Program-made: the position numbers and the translations under genes | Part shown: in pieces, positions 33,397-45,540 of the stretch | Position numbering within the stretch: position 1 is the stretch's first letter | Layout of the letters: every line of letters begins with the position of its first letter | The notes under the pieces: generated by a model | The model's input: the letters and a program-made list of their open reading frames with translations, nothing else | Databases searched by the model: none | Told to the model about the DNA's origin: nothing | Assembly (NCBI GenBank): GCA_963745835.1 | Contig: CAVUZH010000016.1 | Coordinates: forward strand, 1 to 64,000 | Origin: an uncultured delta proteobacterium | Lineage (GTDB): Bacteria; Desulfobacterota; Binatia; UBA9968 | Direction of reading: 5' to 3' | DNA length: 64,000 nt

Positions 33397-34489
33397 ATGG
33401 CTCTCTCGATTAAGCCCCGCATCGTCGTCGAGGACGATATCTTTTCTGCGCGTCATCCAGATCGTTCTTGATCCAGCTGCCCCCGGCGATCTATTTGAAG
33501 CCTTTGCTCATTTCTGCGCGCATGACTTGCCGGATTTTCGGGGCTGGTGCGACCGGACCCGCGGCCGTGTGCCTCATTTGTATCCGGCCGATGTCCGGCT
33601 CGTTCGCGACCCTGACGAACTGCTAGTAAATATTCCGGGAGCGGACGCCCTCGTTGTTGAAGCGTTGCCGGTCGGCGCTCGGGAAATTGCCGCTGCCGGC
33701 ACTAACCTGCCAATCGTACAGAGAGATGGCACCATCACTCGACACATCGACAAGACAGCATGCAGCAGTGCCGGTATTCAAGTGAAAACACTGCGGCGCC
33801 GCGCCAATATTTCCACCGCCGAACAAGCTTTAGCGCTGATGCTAGCTTTGGCTCGCCAGCTCAATCAGAATGCCAATCTAATCAGCCTCGAGCAACTCGA
33901 GACAGCGGGCTATACCCCAACACAGTACGACCGATTGCGCACACCCAACGGTAATTGGGCGCGGATCACCGGATTGAAGACGCTTTTCGGACGGCAACTC
34001 GGCATCATCGGATTGGGAGAAATCGGCCGGGAGCTGGCGCTTCGAGCAGCCGCGCTGGGGATGCGAATGGTTTATCATCAGCGACACCGACTGACATCGT
34101 CGGAAGAACAGCACTATCAGGTAAGCTATTCGAGTTTGCAGCAGCTCCTAAAGACATCAGACTGCATTAGTCTGCATCTCCCGCGCACAGTGGAAACCCG
34201 CGGCATTATCGGTCACCGTGAGCTTGCCATCATTCGACCCGGCGCAATGCTGATCAACGTGTCACAGCCTTCGCTCATTGACCGCGCCGCGTTACTCGAG
34301 GCCCTGGAGTCAAATAGGCTGGGAGGTTTCGCCATGGATGGCTTTTACGAAGAACCGGCACGCGCGGACGATCCACTGTTAAAATTCAAAAACGTTATCA
34401 TCACCCCTCATCTTGGCGGTTCACCCCGCTTCAATTCTCTTGACGACATAGAAGAGCTGCTGGACAATCTGGCTAAGGGCTTGTCATAG
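33397..34489 (+). CDS. D-isomer-specific 2-hydroxyacid dehydrogenase family (frameshift near 5' end)
   Basis: GIIGLGEIG, ISLHLP..ETRGII, LINVS, DGFYEEP, ITPHLGG. Confidence 0.88.
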
Positions 34490-34676
34490 ACCAATTTGCC
34501 AAAAACTTTTTTAAGCAAGACATGGCAGGGATAAGCGCGGCTATTCGGCGCAACCGGTAATAAGCCGGGATAATCCTGGTCGTGAACTTGATAGCCGTGG
34601 TAACTCCGGTTTATATATACAGGGCAAGAATTTTGTCAGGCGTCCAAGCGACGATTGTTTATCATAGGAGGTAGCC

Positions 34677-35762
34677 ATGAGCAGTTCGTTGGCAATCAGA
34701 ATCATCGATGGCGATGGTCATATTATCGAAGATCACGCCGGAATCATCGCCCATATGGAGTCTCCGTATCGGGAAATCGCAAACCGCAAGGGTATCGTCT
34801 TTCCGCCGCTAGATCATCTTCACGCCGGCCGAGCCGTGGAAACACCGCCGCAGCGAGACCAGCGCCCCAACGTGGGACCTAAGGGTTGGCTCGACTTTCT
34901 CGACGATGTCGGAATCGAATGGACGGTGCTCTACCCGACCACGGCTCTTGCTTACGGCAAGATCGTCAGTTTGGACTATGCTGTAGCCGCTTCTCGCGCC
35001 TACAACGACTGGCTTCACGAAACCTATCTTAAATACAATCCGCGGTTTAAGGGAATGGCGATCATACCGATGCAAGACCCGGAAGAAGCCGCCAAAGAGC
35101 TGCGGCGCGCGGTAACGGAGTTAGGAATGCTCGGCGCGATGATGCCGTCGAATGGTTTGGCACAGCCCCTAGGCTCCAAAGCGTACTGGCCGATTTACGC
35201 CGAGGCCGACCGACTTGGCTGCTGTCTTGCGGTTCATGGAGGAGCGCACGACCGCTTTGGTATGGATCACATGAACATGTATGTACCGGTGCATGCATTA
35301 GGTCATCCGTGGGGGTTAACCTTTAATTTCGCGGATATCGTTTACAATGGCATCTTAGAGCGTTTCCCGCGGGTACGGATCGCATTTCTCGAAGGCGGAG
35401 TCGCATGGCTGCTGTTACTACTGGAACGGCTCCACGCATCACACGAGACCCACTTCCAGTATATTCCTCCGTCCGAGTTCGGCATACGAGAAGAAGAGGA
35501 TCCTAGTCAATACATCAAAAAACAAATCCACAACGGGCGCTTTTTCCTCGGCATCGAAACCGAAGAATTGACCCTACCTTTTGCCATTAAGATCGTCGGC
35601 AACTCGCCGTTCCTCTACTCGTCTGATTTTCCACATGAGGTAACCCATGAGAGCTGCAAGCATGATCTCGGTGAGCTAATGGAGAGTGAGGACATCAGCG
35701 GGGAAGACAAAGCCGCGATGCTGTACAAGAATGCCGAAAGCTTTTATAGACTCCCGCTATAA
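34677..35762 (+). CDS. Amidohydrolase_2 family protein
   Basis: IIDGDGH, VLYPT, AYNDWL, AVHGG, FLEGG.AW, YSSDFPH. Confidence 0.92.
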   Translation: MSSSLAIRIIDGDGHIIEDHAGIIAHMESPYREIANRKGIVFPPLDHLHAGRAVETPPQRDQRPNVGPKGWLDFLDDVGIEWTVLYPTTALAYGKIVSLDYAVAASRAYNDWLHETYLKYNPRFKGMAIIPMQDPEEAAKELRRAVTELGMLGAMMPSNGLAQPLGSKAYWPIYAEADRLGCCLAVHGGAHDRFGMDHMNMYVPVHALGHPWGLTFNFADIVYNGILERFPRVRIAFLEGGVAWLLLLLERLHASHETHFQYIPPSEFGIREEEDPSQYIKKQIHNGRFFLGIETEELTLPFAIKIVGNSPFLYSSDFPHEVTHESCKHDLGELMESEDISGEDKAAMLYKNAESFYRLPL

Positions 35763-36007
35763 AGATAGCCAAGCGAGACTTGAAGCATCGTATCCGCTTA
35801 ACTGTCCTGGGTGTGCACGATCGGTGAGATTCAGGTCCCCGTGACTAAGGTCAGGATTTCGGAAAGTAATCGCTTCAAAGTTGTACTGGTTCGTCGGGAA
35901 ATTAGTTCAACCGTGCACGTGATCCTTATCGAGTCTTGGGGCACGAAGAATCCTTATTTGTCGTCTTTTGCTGAATCAACTGCCCACTCCAACATGGAGG
36001 ATTACCT

Positions 36008-37093
36008 ATGAGCGATTGCCGCGCTGCCGTTATCACCGCGCATAATCAACCGCTGACGATCGAGCGAGTACCGATCCCCGATCTCGAGCCGGGAGCGCTG
36101 CTGGTAAAAATTGCAGCCTCTACTCTCTGCGGAACGGACGTACACCGTTGGCATGGACCGTTAGGCGATGGAGATACCTTACCGATTATCACCGGGCATG
36201 AACCCTGCGGTTATATCGAAGAGATCCATGGAGAGCGGACTGATATTTTCGGAAATCCAATAAGCCGCGGCGATCGTATTGTTTGGAGCTACGTTGCCTG
36301 CGGAAGCTGTTATTATTGCAGCGTCGCGCTGCAACCGTGTATTTGCCCGGGACGCGCTTCCTGGGGCCATAACCGCAGCGACCAGTACCCTTACCTGCTT
36401 GGTAGCTGCGCTGAATACATGTACGTGCCCGCTCCGTGCTTGATTATTAAAGTGCCGGAAGAAGTCTCCTCCGCTTCGGCGGCAGCTTCAGCCTGCGCCT
36501 ACCGCACGGTGATGCATGGCTTTGATAGGCTCGGCGCAATCAAAAGCAATGAAACGGTAGTGATCCAAGGTAGCGGGCCACTGGGTAATTTCGCTACCGC
36601 AGTGGCCAAAGATCACGGCGCCAAAAAGGTATTGGTCATTGGCGCGCCCGCCGCCCGCTTGGAAGTCACCAAGCGTATGGGAGCGGATGGGGTGCTGAAT
36701 TTGGAAGAGGTGACTGATGCGAAAGACCGCCGGCAATGGGTTTACGATCACACCGAGGGTCGCGGCGGTGACGTTGTCATTCAGGTGGCTAACAATATGG
36801 CGGTGCCCGAGGGGCTCACATTGCTTCGGGGCGGGGGGCGCTATTTAAACATCGGCGCCGGCGGCAAGGCCAATATCGCGGTTGAGCGCTTGCCGCAGGA
36901 AATGACCTTGCTAACGGTCAGATCCGCCGAACCGCGCCATTGGCTGCAAGCAATTGATTTTCTGGCCTCGCGCAACAGTAGATTTCCGTTCGAGGAAATG
37001 ATTACGGCACGCTACGATCTCGAGCACGTGAACGAAGCGCTACAAGCGATGGCGAGCTACCAAGTCGTAAAAGCCGTGATCGATTTTCACTGA
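36008..37093 (+). CDS. Zinc-binding alcohol dehydrogenase
   Basis: CGTDVH, GHE, CGSCYYC..C, GSGPLG. Confidence 0.92.
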   Translation: MSDCRAAVITAHNQPLTIERVPIPDLEPGALLVKIAASTLCGTDVHRWHGPLGDGDTLPIITGHEPCGYIEEIHGERTDIFGNPISRGDRIVWSYVACGSCYYCSVALQPCICPGRASWGHNRSDQYPYLLGSCAEYMYVPAPCLIIKVPEEVSSASAAASACAYRTVMHGFDRLGAIKSNETVVIQGSGPLGNFATAVAKDHGAKKVLVIGAPAARLEVTKRMGADGVLNLEEVTDAKDRRQWVYDHTEGRGGDVVIQVANNMAVPEGLTLLRGGGRYLNIGAGGKANIAVERLPQEMTLLTVRSAEPRHWLQAIDFLASRNSRFPFEEMITARYDLEHVNEALQAMASYQVVKAVIDFH

Positions 37094-37272
37094 GCTTTAC
37101 AGTCACGAGCAAAAAGCTTTTTCCGGAGCTAAAGACCGCGAGAAGGGCTAGTCAGAAAGGAGATGAGATCTAACTGCAAGCAACAGTAAAACCGAACATC
37201 AAGGAAGCTTGAGACACTTCGCCTCTGATTCAGATAACAGAGATCGTTAAAGCAACTGACGGGATGTTACGA

Positions 37273-40200
37273 CTATGCTTCCGCGGAGCTTGGAAGCTCT
37301 TTAATTTGTCCGGCGGCGCCACCCGTTGGCAAAGTCACGCTGAAAACTGAACCCTTGCCGATCTCACTCTGCATGGACACTCGTCCGCCGAGCAGTTCAG
37401 TGAATGTCTTAACGATGTAAAGCCCGAGTCCTATGCCGCCATGTTTTCGTGTCGTTGAGCTATCGACTTGTTGAAACATTCCAAAGATCGTTTCCATTTG
37501 CTCTCTGGGAATTCCCATTCCGGTATCCGATACCAGTATTTCAATCGCGCGATCTTCTAGAATCTCGCGCGCAGAGATAGAGATGCTGCCCTCCTCAGTG
37601 AATTTAAGCGCGTTATTGATCAGATTCTGAATCACGGCCTTGAGCTTTTCATCATCGCTGTTCAGAAAGGGCAAAGTGCGCGGGTAATGCCAGTTAATAA
37701 CGACTTCTTTTTTAGCAATGGCATAACTGGATTTCAGCTCGTCGAGGAGAGCACAAAGATTTACATGACGGCAATTCACCTTGGCCGCGCCGGCCTGTAT
37801 CGTCGTGACCTGCAACACCTGATTGATCATGCTCAGGAGATCCTTGGTTTGGCTCACGATCTTTGCCAACGCCTTATCCTGCTCGGGATTGATATCGCCG
37901 AACACCTGCGACTGGATCAGTTCCGTATAACCTTTGATGACGTTCAAAGGGGTTCGCAGTTCATGGGAAATGATGCCGAGAAACTCGTCTTTTCCTTTAT
38001 TGGCCGTCTCAAGCTCCACACTCTTTTGCTTAATCTGAGAAAAAAGGTTCGCGTTACCCAGGGTGATACCCAGGTTGTAGGCGATCGACTTGACCAACTG
38101 CTGGTCGGCTTCCGAAAACTTGTGCGGCTGTTTGCCGAGAAAATTCATGACTCCCAAACCTTCGTTTCTAACTTTTATCGGAATCAGAAAGGAACTGCAA
38201 AACCGGCCCGCAGCATGACTTTATTATGGGCCATCTTGGGTATACATAGAATCGCTCTGCATGTCTTCGGCGATCATCGGCTCTCCCGTTTCGAACGCTT
38301 TCCCCACGCGCCCCTCACCGATGCGGTAAGTCTTCACCAGTCGGATATTTTCCGGGAAGCCGGCGTGAGCCGCTAGACACAGCTCTTCAGCGTCACCCTC
38401 GCGCAGGTAGATGCGCGCGGCGTCAAAACCGAAGATGCGTAAAACCTCATGCATGCTCTTATCCAAAGCAGTATTGATATCAAGAGACTCGCTGCCGATT
38501 GCAGCGATCGAATAAAGAGCAGAAAGTTCTTTCGCTTTCGTGGCGGTTTGCTGATAAAGCGTGGCGTTCTCTACAGCGATACCAATCTGGTTGTTCATGG
38601 ATTGGAGTAAATTGACTTCCGCGGCGTCAAGTTTTCGCGGTATCTTTCCCGCACAAACCATGGCTCCCCAAATTTTAAGTTTAGTCTTGATCGGGAACAT
38701 CCCAAAGAAACGAGCTTGAGCTCTCAGGGCATTTCTGCTGTCGGTCAATGCAAGATAATTAGGATCATGCGCAATATCCTCGCAAATGAACGGCTCTCCC
38801 GTTTCGGTGACCCTGCCGATAATAGACTCGCCGCGCCGAAAGCGCACAGTTTGATTCCAAAACTCCGATTTGGATTCAAAACCGGCCTTGACATGCAACT
38901 CGGTCATATCGCCATTGAAAAGAAAAATACGCGTCGCCTCAAAACTGAAAATCTCCGTTACTTTGTGAATAGCCTCTTTTAAGACGACGTCGAGATCCAA
39001 AGACTGGGTGGCGGCAATCGTTAATGAATGTAACGCGGCAATTTCGCCGCCGCTACGTTTTGCCGCTTATAAAGCTTGGCGTTATGTATGGCTAAGGACA
39101 ATTGTCCTGCAAGACGTTTTAGGAATTCTATTTCCTCGCCGCTAAAGGATTGCCCTTCCTTGGTATAAAAACCAGATACGACCCAATATTTCGTCTTTGG
39201 CGATCAGCGGCACGCCATCAATCAGGAGGCCAACCCGAACCTTCGGGCAAAACGGCTGGTATGACGTGGATCGGTTTGCGTATCGGCTACGGTGAGCGGC
39301 TCTTTGCTGTCCAGAACTAGCTTGGCAAACCCGCGCAATGATTTCGAATACCCCTCACGCAAGCGGTCTCGTCGATATTCCTGCACGCGGTGGGTTCCAG
39401 TTCGCCGGTTCTGTTATTAAGCAGCCGGACCGTAGCAACGACACCCGGAAAAGCCATGTCAATTTTTTCCAGCAATTGATTGAGCATCGCGGTTAGATCC
39501 AGAGTCGAGGCAATCACCAAATCCATCTGATGAAAGGCCCGGGTTCGTTCGAGGCTTCTCTGTATCTGTTCTCTTGCTTTGGCGGCTTCCACGCGCCGCA
39601 TTTCTAGGATCTCGGCCATTTCATCAAGAGCAGCGGCGAGTCGACCGATCTCATGATCCGCGTGAAAGAGTCCGGTGCGCGCACTGAGCTCGCCTTTGCC
39701 GATTTTTTCCGTGGTCGCCACCAGCGCATTTAACTGCCGCAACACAAACATCTCGCTACCGACCCATGCGGCCAAGAGCGCCAAGAGTCCGACGATCATT
39801 AAGGCAGCTAGATTTCTCTTCAGAACCCAGCTGGCTTCACTCAAAGCGATCTCACTGGGAATGCTCATACTGATTTGAAGATCGCTCTTCCCTGTTAGAT
39901 CGCCAAACGACTTGTAAGCGTAAAGGTGTTCCTTTCCGTCCGGTCCAATTCTTTGAGCGATCCCCTCGCCGCGACCTGAAGAGTTTTGAGACAAGCCGCT
40001 CTCAACGGCCGGCTTTCCAAGCCACTGTTCAGGATTAGGGTGACGCGCCAGAATGGTGCCTTTACGGTCAACGACGGTGAAAGTATAACTCTCAGGAACC
40101 TGTGCCGCGGCGATGATTGCGCTCAGGGAAGCCAAATCGAGCCCGGCAAACACAATACCATCCAGTTCACCGCCGGCGTCGAAAGTCGGATAGGCCATAT

Positions 40201-40669
40201 TCAGGCTGGCCTTGCCGCTCACTCGCCCTATTTGATATTCACCGAGCGCGAAAGCACTGCTCTGAACGGCGTTTTTAAAATAAGCGCGATCAGCAACGTT
40301 GATCGGGTTGAGGATAGGTCGAGCACTACAAATCAGGTCTCCATTGAGGTTTACGACGCCCAAGTTCGTGTAAAGGGGATATTCTTTGATCAGTCCGGAC
40401 AGCTGGCTGTTACACGCTTGCCGATCATCTTTACGCATCGTAGCTAGCCGGGATAGTGCAATGAGCAAATGGCGGGTACTTTCGATTAACCGCTCGTGAC
40501 TTGCGACCAAGACCCGCACAGCTCGAAGCGCTTCGCTCTCTGCCGACGACCTGGCTAACTGCCGCTGTTCAGCGGCACTGTAAAGAATAAGCCCGAGAGC
40601 AGGTAGAACCGCTAACAAAACGAGTTGAATTAGCCTTGCTCGAAGACTTCTGTGGTTAGACGCGGGCAT
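37273..40669 (-). CDS. Sensor histidine kinase: TM-Cache-TM-HAMP-3xGAF-HisKA-HATPase (frameshifted)
   Basis: ADRAYF..GRVSGK (Cache), HEIGRLAAALDEM (HAMP), three GAF-like repeats, ISHELRTPLN, NLINNALKFT, DTGMGI, GGIGLGL. Confidence 0.88.
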
Positions 40670-40748
40670 ATCTTGGTCGCCGCGCCATCCTCTTGACTGC
40701 AAATAGCAGCAATACCGGTTAGATGGGCGCTGGCCTGGCTGACTTAGG

Positions 40749-40763
40749 GCAAAGGGTATGCCA
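40749..40763 (-). promoter_or_regulatory. Sigma54 -24/-12 promoter of the kinase gene
   Basis: TGGCATACCCTTTGC (GG-N10-GC), 80 nt upstream of the ATG. Confidence 0.6.
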
Positions 40764-40965
40764 CAGCCGATGATCTGTAACTTCCGAATATTTATGAAAA
40801 GTTTTAAATAAAGAGCGTACGACGTGGGCAGTACTTGGCAATAAGGGACATTTAACGACAGGATGATGCGGTGAGCTACGAGTGCAGGTAAAAAAAAGAG
40901 GCCGGATAGGCTGCTAAGCTCTAGCAACTCATCCGGCCCCATTATTGGTAAATCCGCAATACGGT

Positions 40966-41133
40966 TCAGACGGGTGGCGTACGCCTACCCATAACCAAGC
41001 TCACTAAAAAAAGAACCAGAAATACAACAAACAGAATCCAAGCGATCTGGGTCGCCGCGCCAGCAATCCCCGAGAGGCCTAAAAGCCCAGCAATCAGACC
41101 AATGACTAAAAATGTAATACTCCAGCTCAGCAT
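40966..41133 (-). CDS. DUF1328 (YtjA/UPF0391) small membrane protein, missing from the ORF track
   Basis: [55 protein letters not shown]; RBS AAGGAG. Confidence 0.9.
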   Translation of the reverse strand: MLSWSITFLVIGLIAGLLGLSGIAGAATQIAWILFVVFLVLFLVSLVMGRRTPPV

Positions 41134-41208
41134 GTCAGTTCTCCTTTCACTTAACTTTGGTTTCTCCTCTTACTACACCCACAGCACTGGTAATAGCTTC
41201 AACCTTGC

Positions 41209-41772
41209 TTAACCAGCCTCTTCCCTTCCACTCTCTTCCGGCAATAGTTCAATCCGAACCAGTGTCAACCCGGATTCGACAAATCCCAAAGCGTTAGCAG
41301 CCGCATGTGATACATCAATCACACGCTGACCGATATAAGGGCCTCGATCATTGATCTCTAGTTCAACAGTATTGCCATTCTGCAAATTAGTCACTTTCGC
41401 TTTTGTCCCCAGCGGAATCGTTTTGTGCGCCGCCGTCAGTTTGCCCTGGTCAAAAATTTCTCCACTCGCGGTTTTCTTGCCGTGAAATCCAGGGCCATAC
41501 CACGAGGCTTGGCCACGAATCACTTTTTTGTGCGCCCTCTCGCGGCTATTTTTTTGAGGCTGTAGCTTGGGCCGGATTTGAGCGGGTTGGTTGTTTGTCT
41601 TACCTGAGGAGTCGTCCAGAGTCGCCGCTTCAGCTGACTGCGCCTGTTCTAACGGAGATCCCGGGATGACGCCGCCACCCTGCAGCAGCGATGATACAAG
41701 TAAAACGACCAACCCGATTGGCGCCTCTTTCTGACGAGAAGATACGTCGTTGATTTTTTCACAAGCCAGCAT
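41209..41772 (-). CDS. rlpA: RlpA-family (DPBB) lytic transglycosylase
   Basis: GQASWYGPGFHGKKTASGE, TAAHKTIPLGT, INDRGPY..RVIDVS. Confidence 0.9.
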   Translation of the reverse strand: MLACEKINDVSSRQKEAPIGLVVLLVSSLLQGGGVIPGSPLEQAQSAEAATLDDSSGKTNNQPAQIRPKLQPQKNSRERAHKKVIRGQASWYGPGFHGKKTASGEIFDQGKLTAAHKTIPLGTKAKVTNLQNGNTVELEINDRGPYIGQRVIDVSHAAANALGFVESGLTLVRIELLPEESGREEAG

Positions 41773-41854
41773 GCTCTCTTCCTCCAGTCGTCACTTAGGC
41801 GTAGTGCGGAGCAAGTTCCTAGCGGGCAATTTCTTCATTGTTGTTAAAGATAAG

Positions 41855-41869
41855 GCAAGAGGCGTGCCG
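41855..41869 (-). promoter_or_regulatory. Sigma54 -24/-12 promoter of rlpA-DUF1328
   Basis: CGGCACGCCTCTTGC (GG-N10-GC). Confidence 0.65.
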
Positions 41870-42146
41870 GCATCATAACTACGCGCTATAAGACCGCGAA
41901 TTTAGAGCCGATTTTCGCACCTGTACAAAGCAATGATGGGCTGGCACCTGTACTGAATCTCCTACAAGGACCTGCCTACATTGGAAATTAGGATTGAGAG
42001 GTAACGAGAATGAAACAGCAGAATTTATTTATTAATCGAGCGTTACAAGGCGGGAATCGAGACTGACCCGAAGCGGATCGCGAATGTGTCTTAGCAATGA
42101 CACACTCAACGTGCTGAGCTTATTAGAAAAGATCTAATCAACATGT

Positions 42147-43897
42147 TCATGCTAAAGGATCCTTGCAAATAACGTTTAGCAAAGCTTGGCGCTTTTCTTC
42201 CTTTACGACTTTCAACGCCTGTTGCAGCGCGCCCGGAAGCTCTTCTGGTTGTTCGACACGCTTGGCGTACGCACCGCACGCTTGCGCCGTCAATTCAAAC
42301 TTTGGCGATGGGCTCAAATCTGTTCCCGGGAAGTTACGCGTCTTTTGCGCGACGCCGTCAGGAAAGAGTCCGCGCGCGGCATTGAGGCTCGCGTTCCAGG
42401 CTTGGTTGTTGTAGACCACGGTGAGAAAGGGAATCTGATACTTTTGCGCGGTAAAATGACACGCCGTTGGCGCACAGAACATATACGAGCCATCTCCTTC
42501 CGCGGCAATGACAGTTGCGTCAGGCGCTGCCAATTTGATGCCGATGGCGGCACCCAGACCCCAACCGAGATGACCCGCCAACGGCGTGCCGAATTGGGAA
42601 CCCGGCCGGTTCAAATGGATCACATCGGCAAGTCTCGAGGTCACGGTTTCATTGACAACGATGGTTTTTTCATCCATCACATCACCGATACATTTTGACA
42701 CCCACAACGGACTCATCGGCTTTTCACTCTTGACTGCGTTAATACTGTCCTCGATTCGGCGCCACATTGCTTGATGTTCATCTGCTATCTTCTTACGTCG
42801 GTCATCAAATCTACTCTGCTCGATCTTACTTGCTTGTAGCTTGGTTTTAATCATCGACGTCAACACCGGCAAAGATATCTCCGAGCAACCGGTTATGGGC
42901 AAATCGGCAGGAAAGCCCCAGCCGGGAATCGCGGTAAACAATGGATCGCGTTCGAGATGAATAATTTTCGCTCCGCCTCGGAGAAAACTTCGGCTAGGCG
43001 GCTCCCACGGCACATCGGTATCAATGAAAAAAAGCACATCGGCGTTTTTTGAATGCTAGCGTAGTTTGTACCCCGAACGTAAAGCGGATGGTCGGTCGGA
43101 AAGTTGAGATAATTCATTTGTTGGACAACTGGAATGGCAAGGATTTCAGCAAGGCTTACAAGTTGCGGCACCGCTTCGGGATTGCGCCCTAGATATTTCG
43201 TCACGATCAGTGGATTTTCCGCCGCAATCAGAAGCTCCGCGGCTTGTTCTAGTGCGGCATAATCGCCCTGGATCTTGGTCGCGGGCGTCAAAGAATCGGG
43301 CGACAACTGCGTGGACTGCAAGGGTTCGCACAACCATTCGCGCGGCAACGTCAGATAAACCGGACCGCGTGGCTCGCTCATCGCGATCTTGAAGGCGCGT
43401 GAAACGATAGCAGCGAGGTTTTGATTGGTTCTGAGTTCATAGTCCCATTTGACGAACTCGCGGACGATGTTTCCTTGATCACGCGACTCCTGCCGCCAGT
43501 GAATATTCTGGCTTTTACCGCCGAGCAATTCACCTTCGGTAATCGGCGTCCTGCCCGCCACCAGGAGTATGGGGACATTTGCCGAATGCGCATTGATGAT
43601 TCCTCCCAACGCATTAGCCGTTCCGGGTAACGTGTGCACCAACACCATTTGCGGCTTTTGAGTCACATTGTAATATCCATGCGCCATCGACACCGCCGCC
43701 AACTCGTGCGGTACAACGATGGGTCGAATATCATTAGGGTCTTCGTTCGCGGTCTTGGCCAAGGCTTCAATGATCGGGCCATGATCGGTTCCGGTATTGG
43801 CAAACAGATAACGGACCGTGCCTAACGCGCGCACCTGCGCCAAGAACGCCTCCGCCCCGGTAGAGACCGGCGTTGATCCTGCTCTTCTTTCACTCAT
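42147..43897 (-). CDS. Thiamine pyrophosphate-requiring enzyme (acetolactate synthase/benzoylformate decarboxylase-like; frameshifted)
   Basis: FANTGTD, PHELAAVSMAHGY, PRGPVYLTLP, GDGSY..YNN (TPP motif). Confidence 0.9.
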
Positions 43898-44207
43898 GAA
43901 TGATTCTCTTTTCCCGCCTAATGGCGAACCGGATTAGATGAGGGAGGGGATGAAAGCTGATCCCGCCTATGATTCATCTTTGAAGATTTTTGATTCTCAC
44001 GCCACTCTTGGCAGACTACATGGGAAGCTTCGAGGGCGTCAAGTCGGGATCGTCTTGGACTCATCGCTAACCGCACATGAGCTCGATCATCGCAGATGAC
44101 GATAACGAATGGCGCAAACGATCTTGACAAAGTTTTCCTAAATGAAAGATTAAGCCGATCATCGACTTCGGCTAACTCTCAACTAAGAACTAGGAGGAAG
44201 ATAGATA

Positions 44208-44444
44208 ATGGATACGTGGAGACCGGAAGAGATCGGTGCCACCGCCGGGAAGGTTTGGAACTTTTTGCATAAGAGCGGTGAGTCAAGCCTGACCGCAGTG
44301 GAACGCGGCGTCGGCGCTCCGAAACAGCTGGTGTGCATGGCGATAGGCTGGCTTGCGCGGGAAGGTAAAATTGCGCTACGCCAGGAAAAACGCACCCTAC
44401 AAGTATGTTTAACGGACGAAGCCCAAAATTCTCGAATGAATTAA
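44208..44444 (+). CDS. Small winged-helix protein (DUF2582-like)
   Basis: IGATAGKVWNFL..MAIGWLAREGKI; RBS AGGAGG. Confidence 0.85.
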   Translation: MDTWRPEEIGATAGKVWNFLHKSGESSLTAVERGVGAPKQLVCMAIGWLAREGKIALRQEKRTLQVCLTDEAQNSRMN

Positions 44445-44542
44445 ATAAATCACACCCGATCCGTCCTGTGCATCCGCCCAGAAGAGATGAAGCACGCAGA
44501 TAAGATTTCTCGTTAGCAAAATGAATAAGGAGAGCGTGGGGA

Positions 44543-44911
44543 ATGCAAAAGAAAATTGTCATTCATGCTCGAGCCGTCTTTTGTCGCCATGAGTCTTTCG
44601 ATGGCCGGGAGTCCTCTTTTCGCACACCACGGATGGAGCGGCTATGACGCAAGCCGACCGCTAGAATTAAAAGGAAAAATCATCGATTCGGGATACGAAC
44701 ACCCGCACGGGTTTGTCCGCCTTGAAACTGAGAGTAAAACATGGCTCGTGGTACTGGCGCCACCGTCACGAATGGAGCGCAGGAATCTGCCCGCAAACTG
44801 CTGGTTCCGGGTACCGAAGCCACGGTCGTCGGTTATCCGAGCCGGACAGACTCCATCGAATTACGAGCGGAACGTATCCGCATCGGCGGCCGTAGCACCG
44901 AGTTGCGATGA
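44543..44911 (+). CDS. DUF6152-like exported protein (frameshifted)
   Basis: Signal peptide then AHHGWSGYD, YEHPH, WLVVLAPPSRM, ELRAERI..ELR*. Confidence 0.75.
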
Positions 44912-44952
44912 CCTTGCGGCGGGTATTTGCCCGTCTTGTCGTGTAGTGGATC

Positions 44953-45447
44953 ATGCATTTGTCTGCTGGCCCGGCCTGGCTCGTTTGGCTCGAATCGACG
45001 CCACTGGCCGAAGCGATGCGCCAATGGCTATGGCTGTATCCCATAGTTGAAATCATTCACATTTTGGGATTGGTTGTGCTGGTTGGCGGCGCCACCCTGT
45101 TCGATTTAAAACTTCTCGGATTTTCTCCGTCCTTGCCGCTCCAGGGACTCGCGTGCGATATTCTTCCCTGGGCTCAATGGAGCTTGCTCGCCATTATTCC
45201 TTCAGGCTTACTGATGTTTATTGCTCACGCCACAGAGATGGCAAGCAACCCGGCGTTCCAAGTCAAACTGTTGTTGCTGGCGGCAGCGGGCCTCAATGCA
45301 CTGGTGTTTCACAAGAGACTATTTCCGACCCTCGGCGCGTGTGATCGCGGCGTACCTCTACCGCGTTCAGCTAAAATACACGCTGTCGTTTCGTTGTCTC
45401 TCTGGGCAGGGGTGATTACGTGCGGGCGCTTACTTGCCTACCTGTGA
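44953..45447 (+). CDS. DUF6644-like 4-TM membrane protein
   Basis: WLYPIVEIIHILG..FDLKLLG, SGLLMF, NPAFQVKLLL, GRLLAY. Confidence 0.8.
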   Translation: MHLSAGPAWLVWLESTPLAEAMRQWLWLYPIVEIIHILGLVVLVGGATLFDLKLLGFSPSLPLQGLACDILPWAQWSLLAIIPSGLLMFIAHATEMASNPAFQVKLLLLAAAGLNALVFHKRLFPTLGACDRGVPLPRSAKIHAVVSLSLWAGVITCGRLLAYL

Positions 45448-45540
45448 GATCCCAGCAAGCGCAATAAAGATTCGAAATACCTGATAACGTTTGGAAAGAG
45501 CTTCAAAACAGCGCTCATTTAGGTTTTCAGACGGCTCTCG

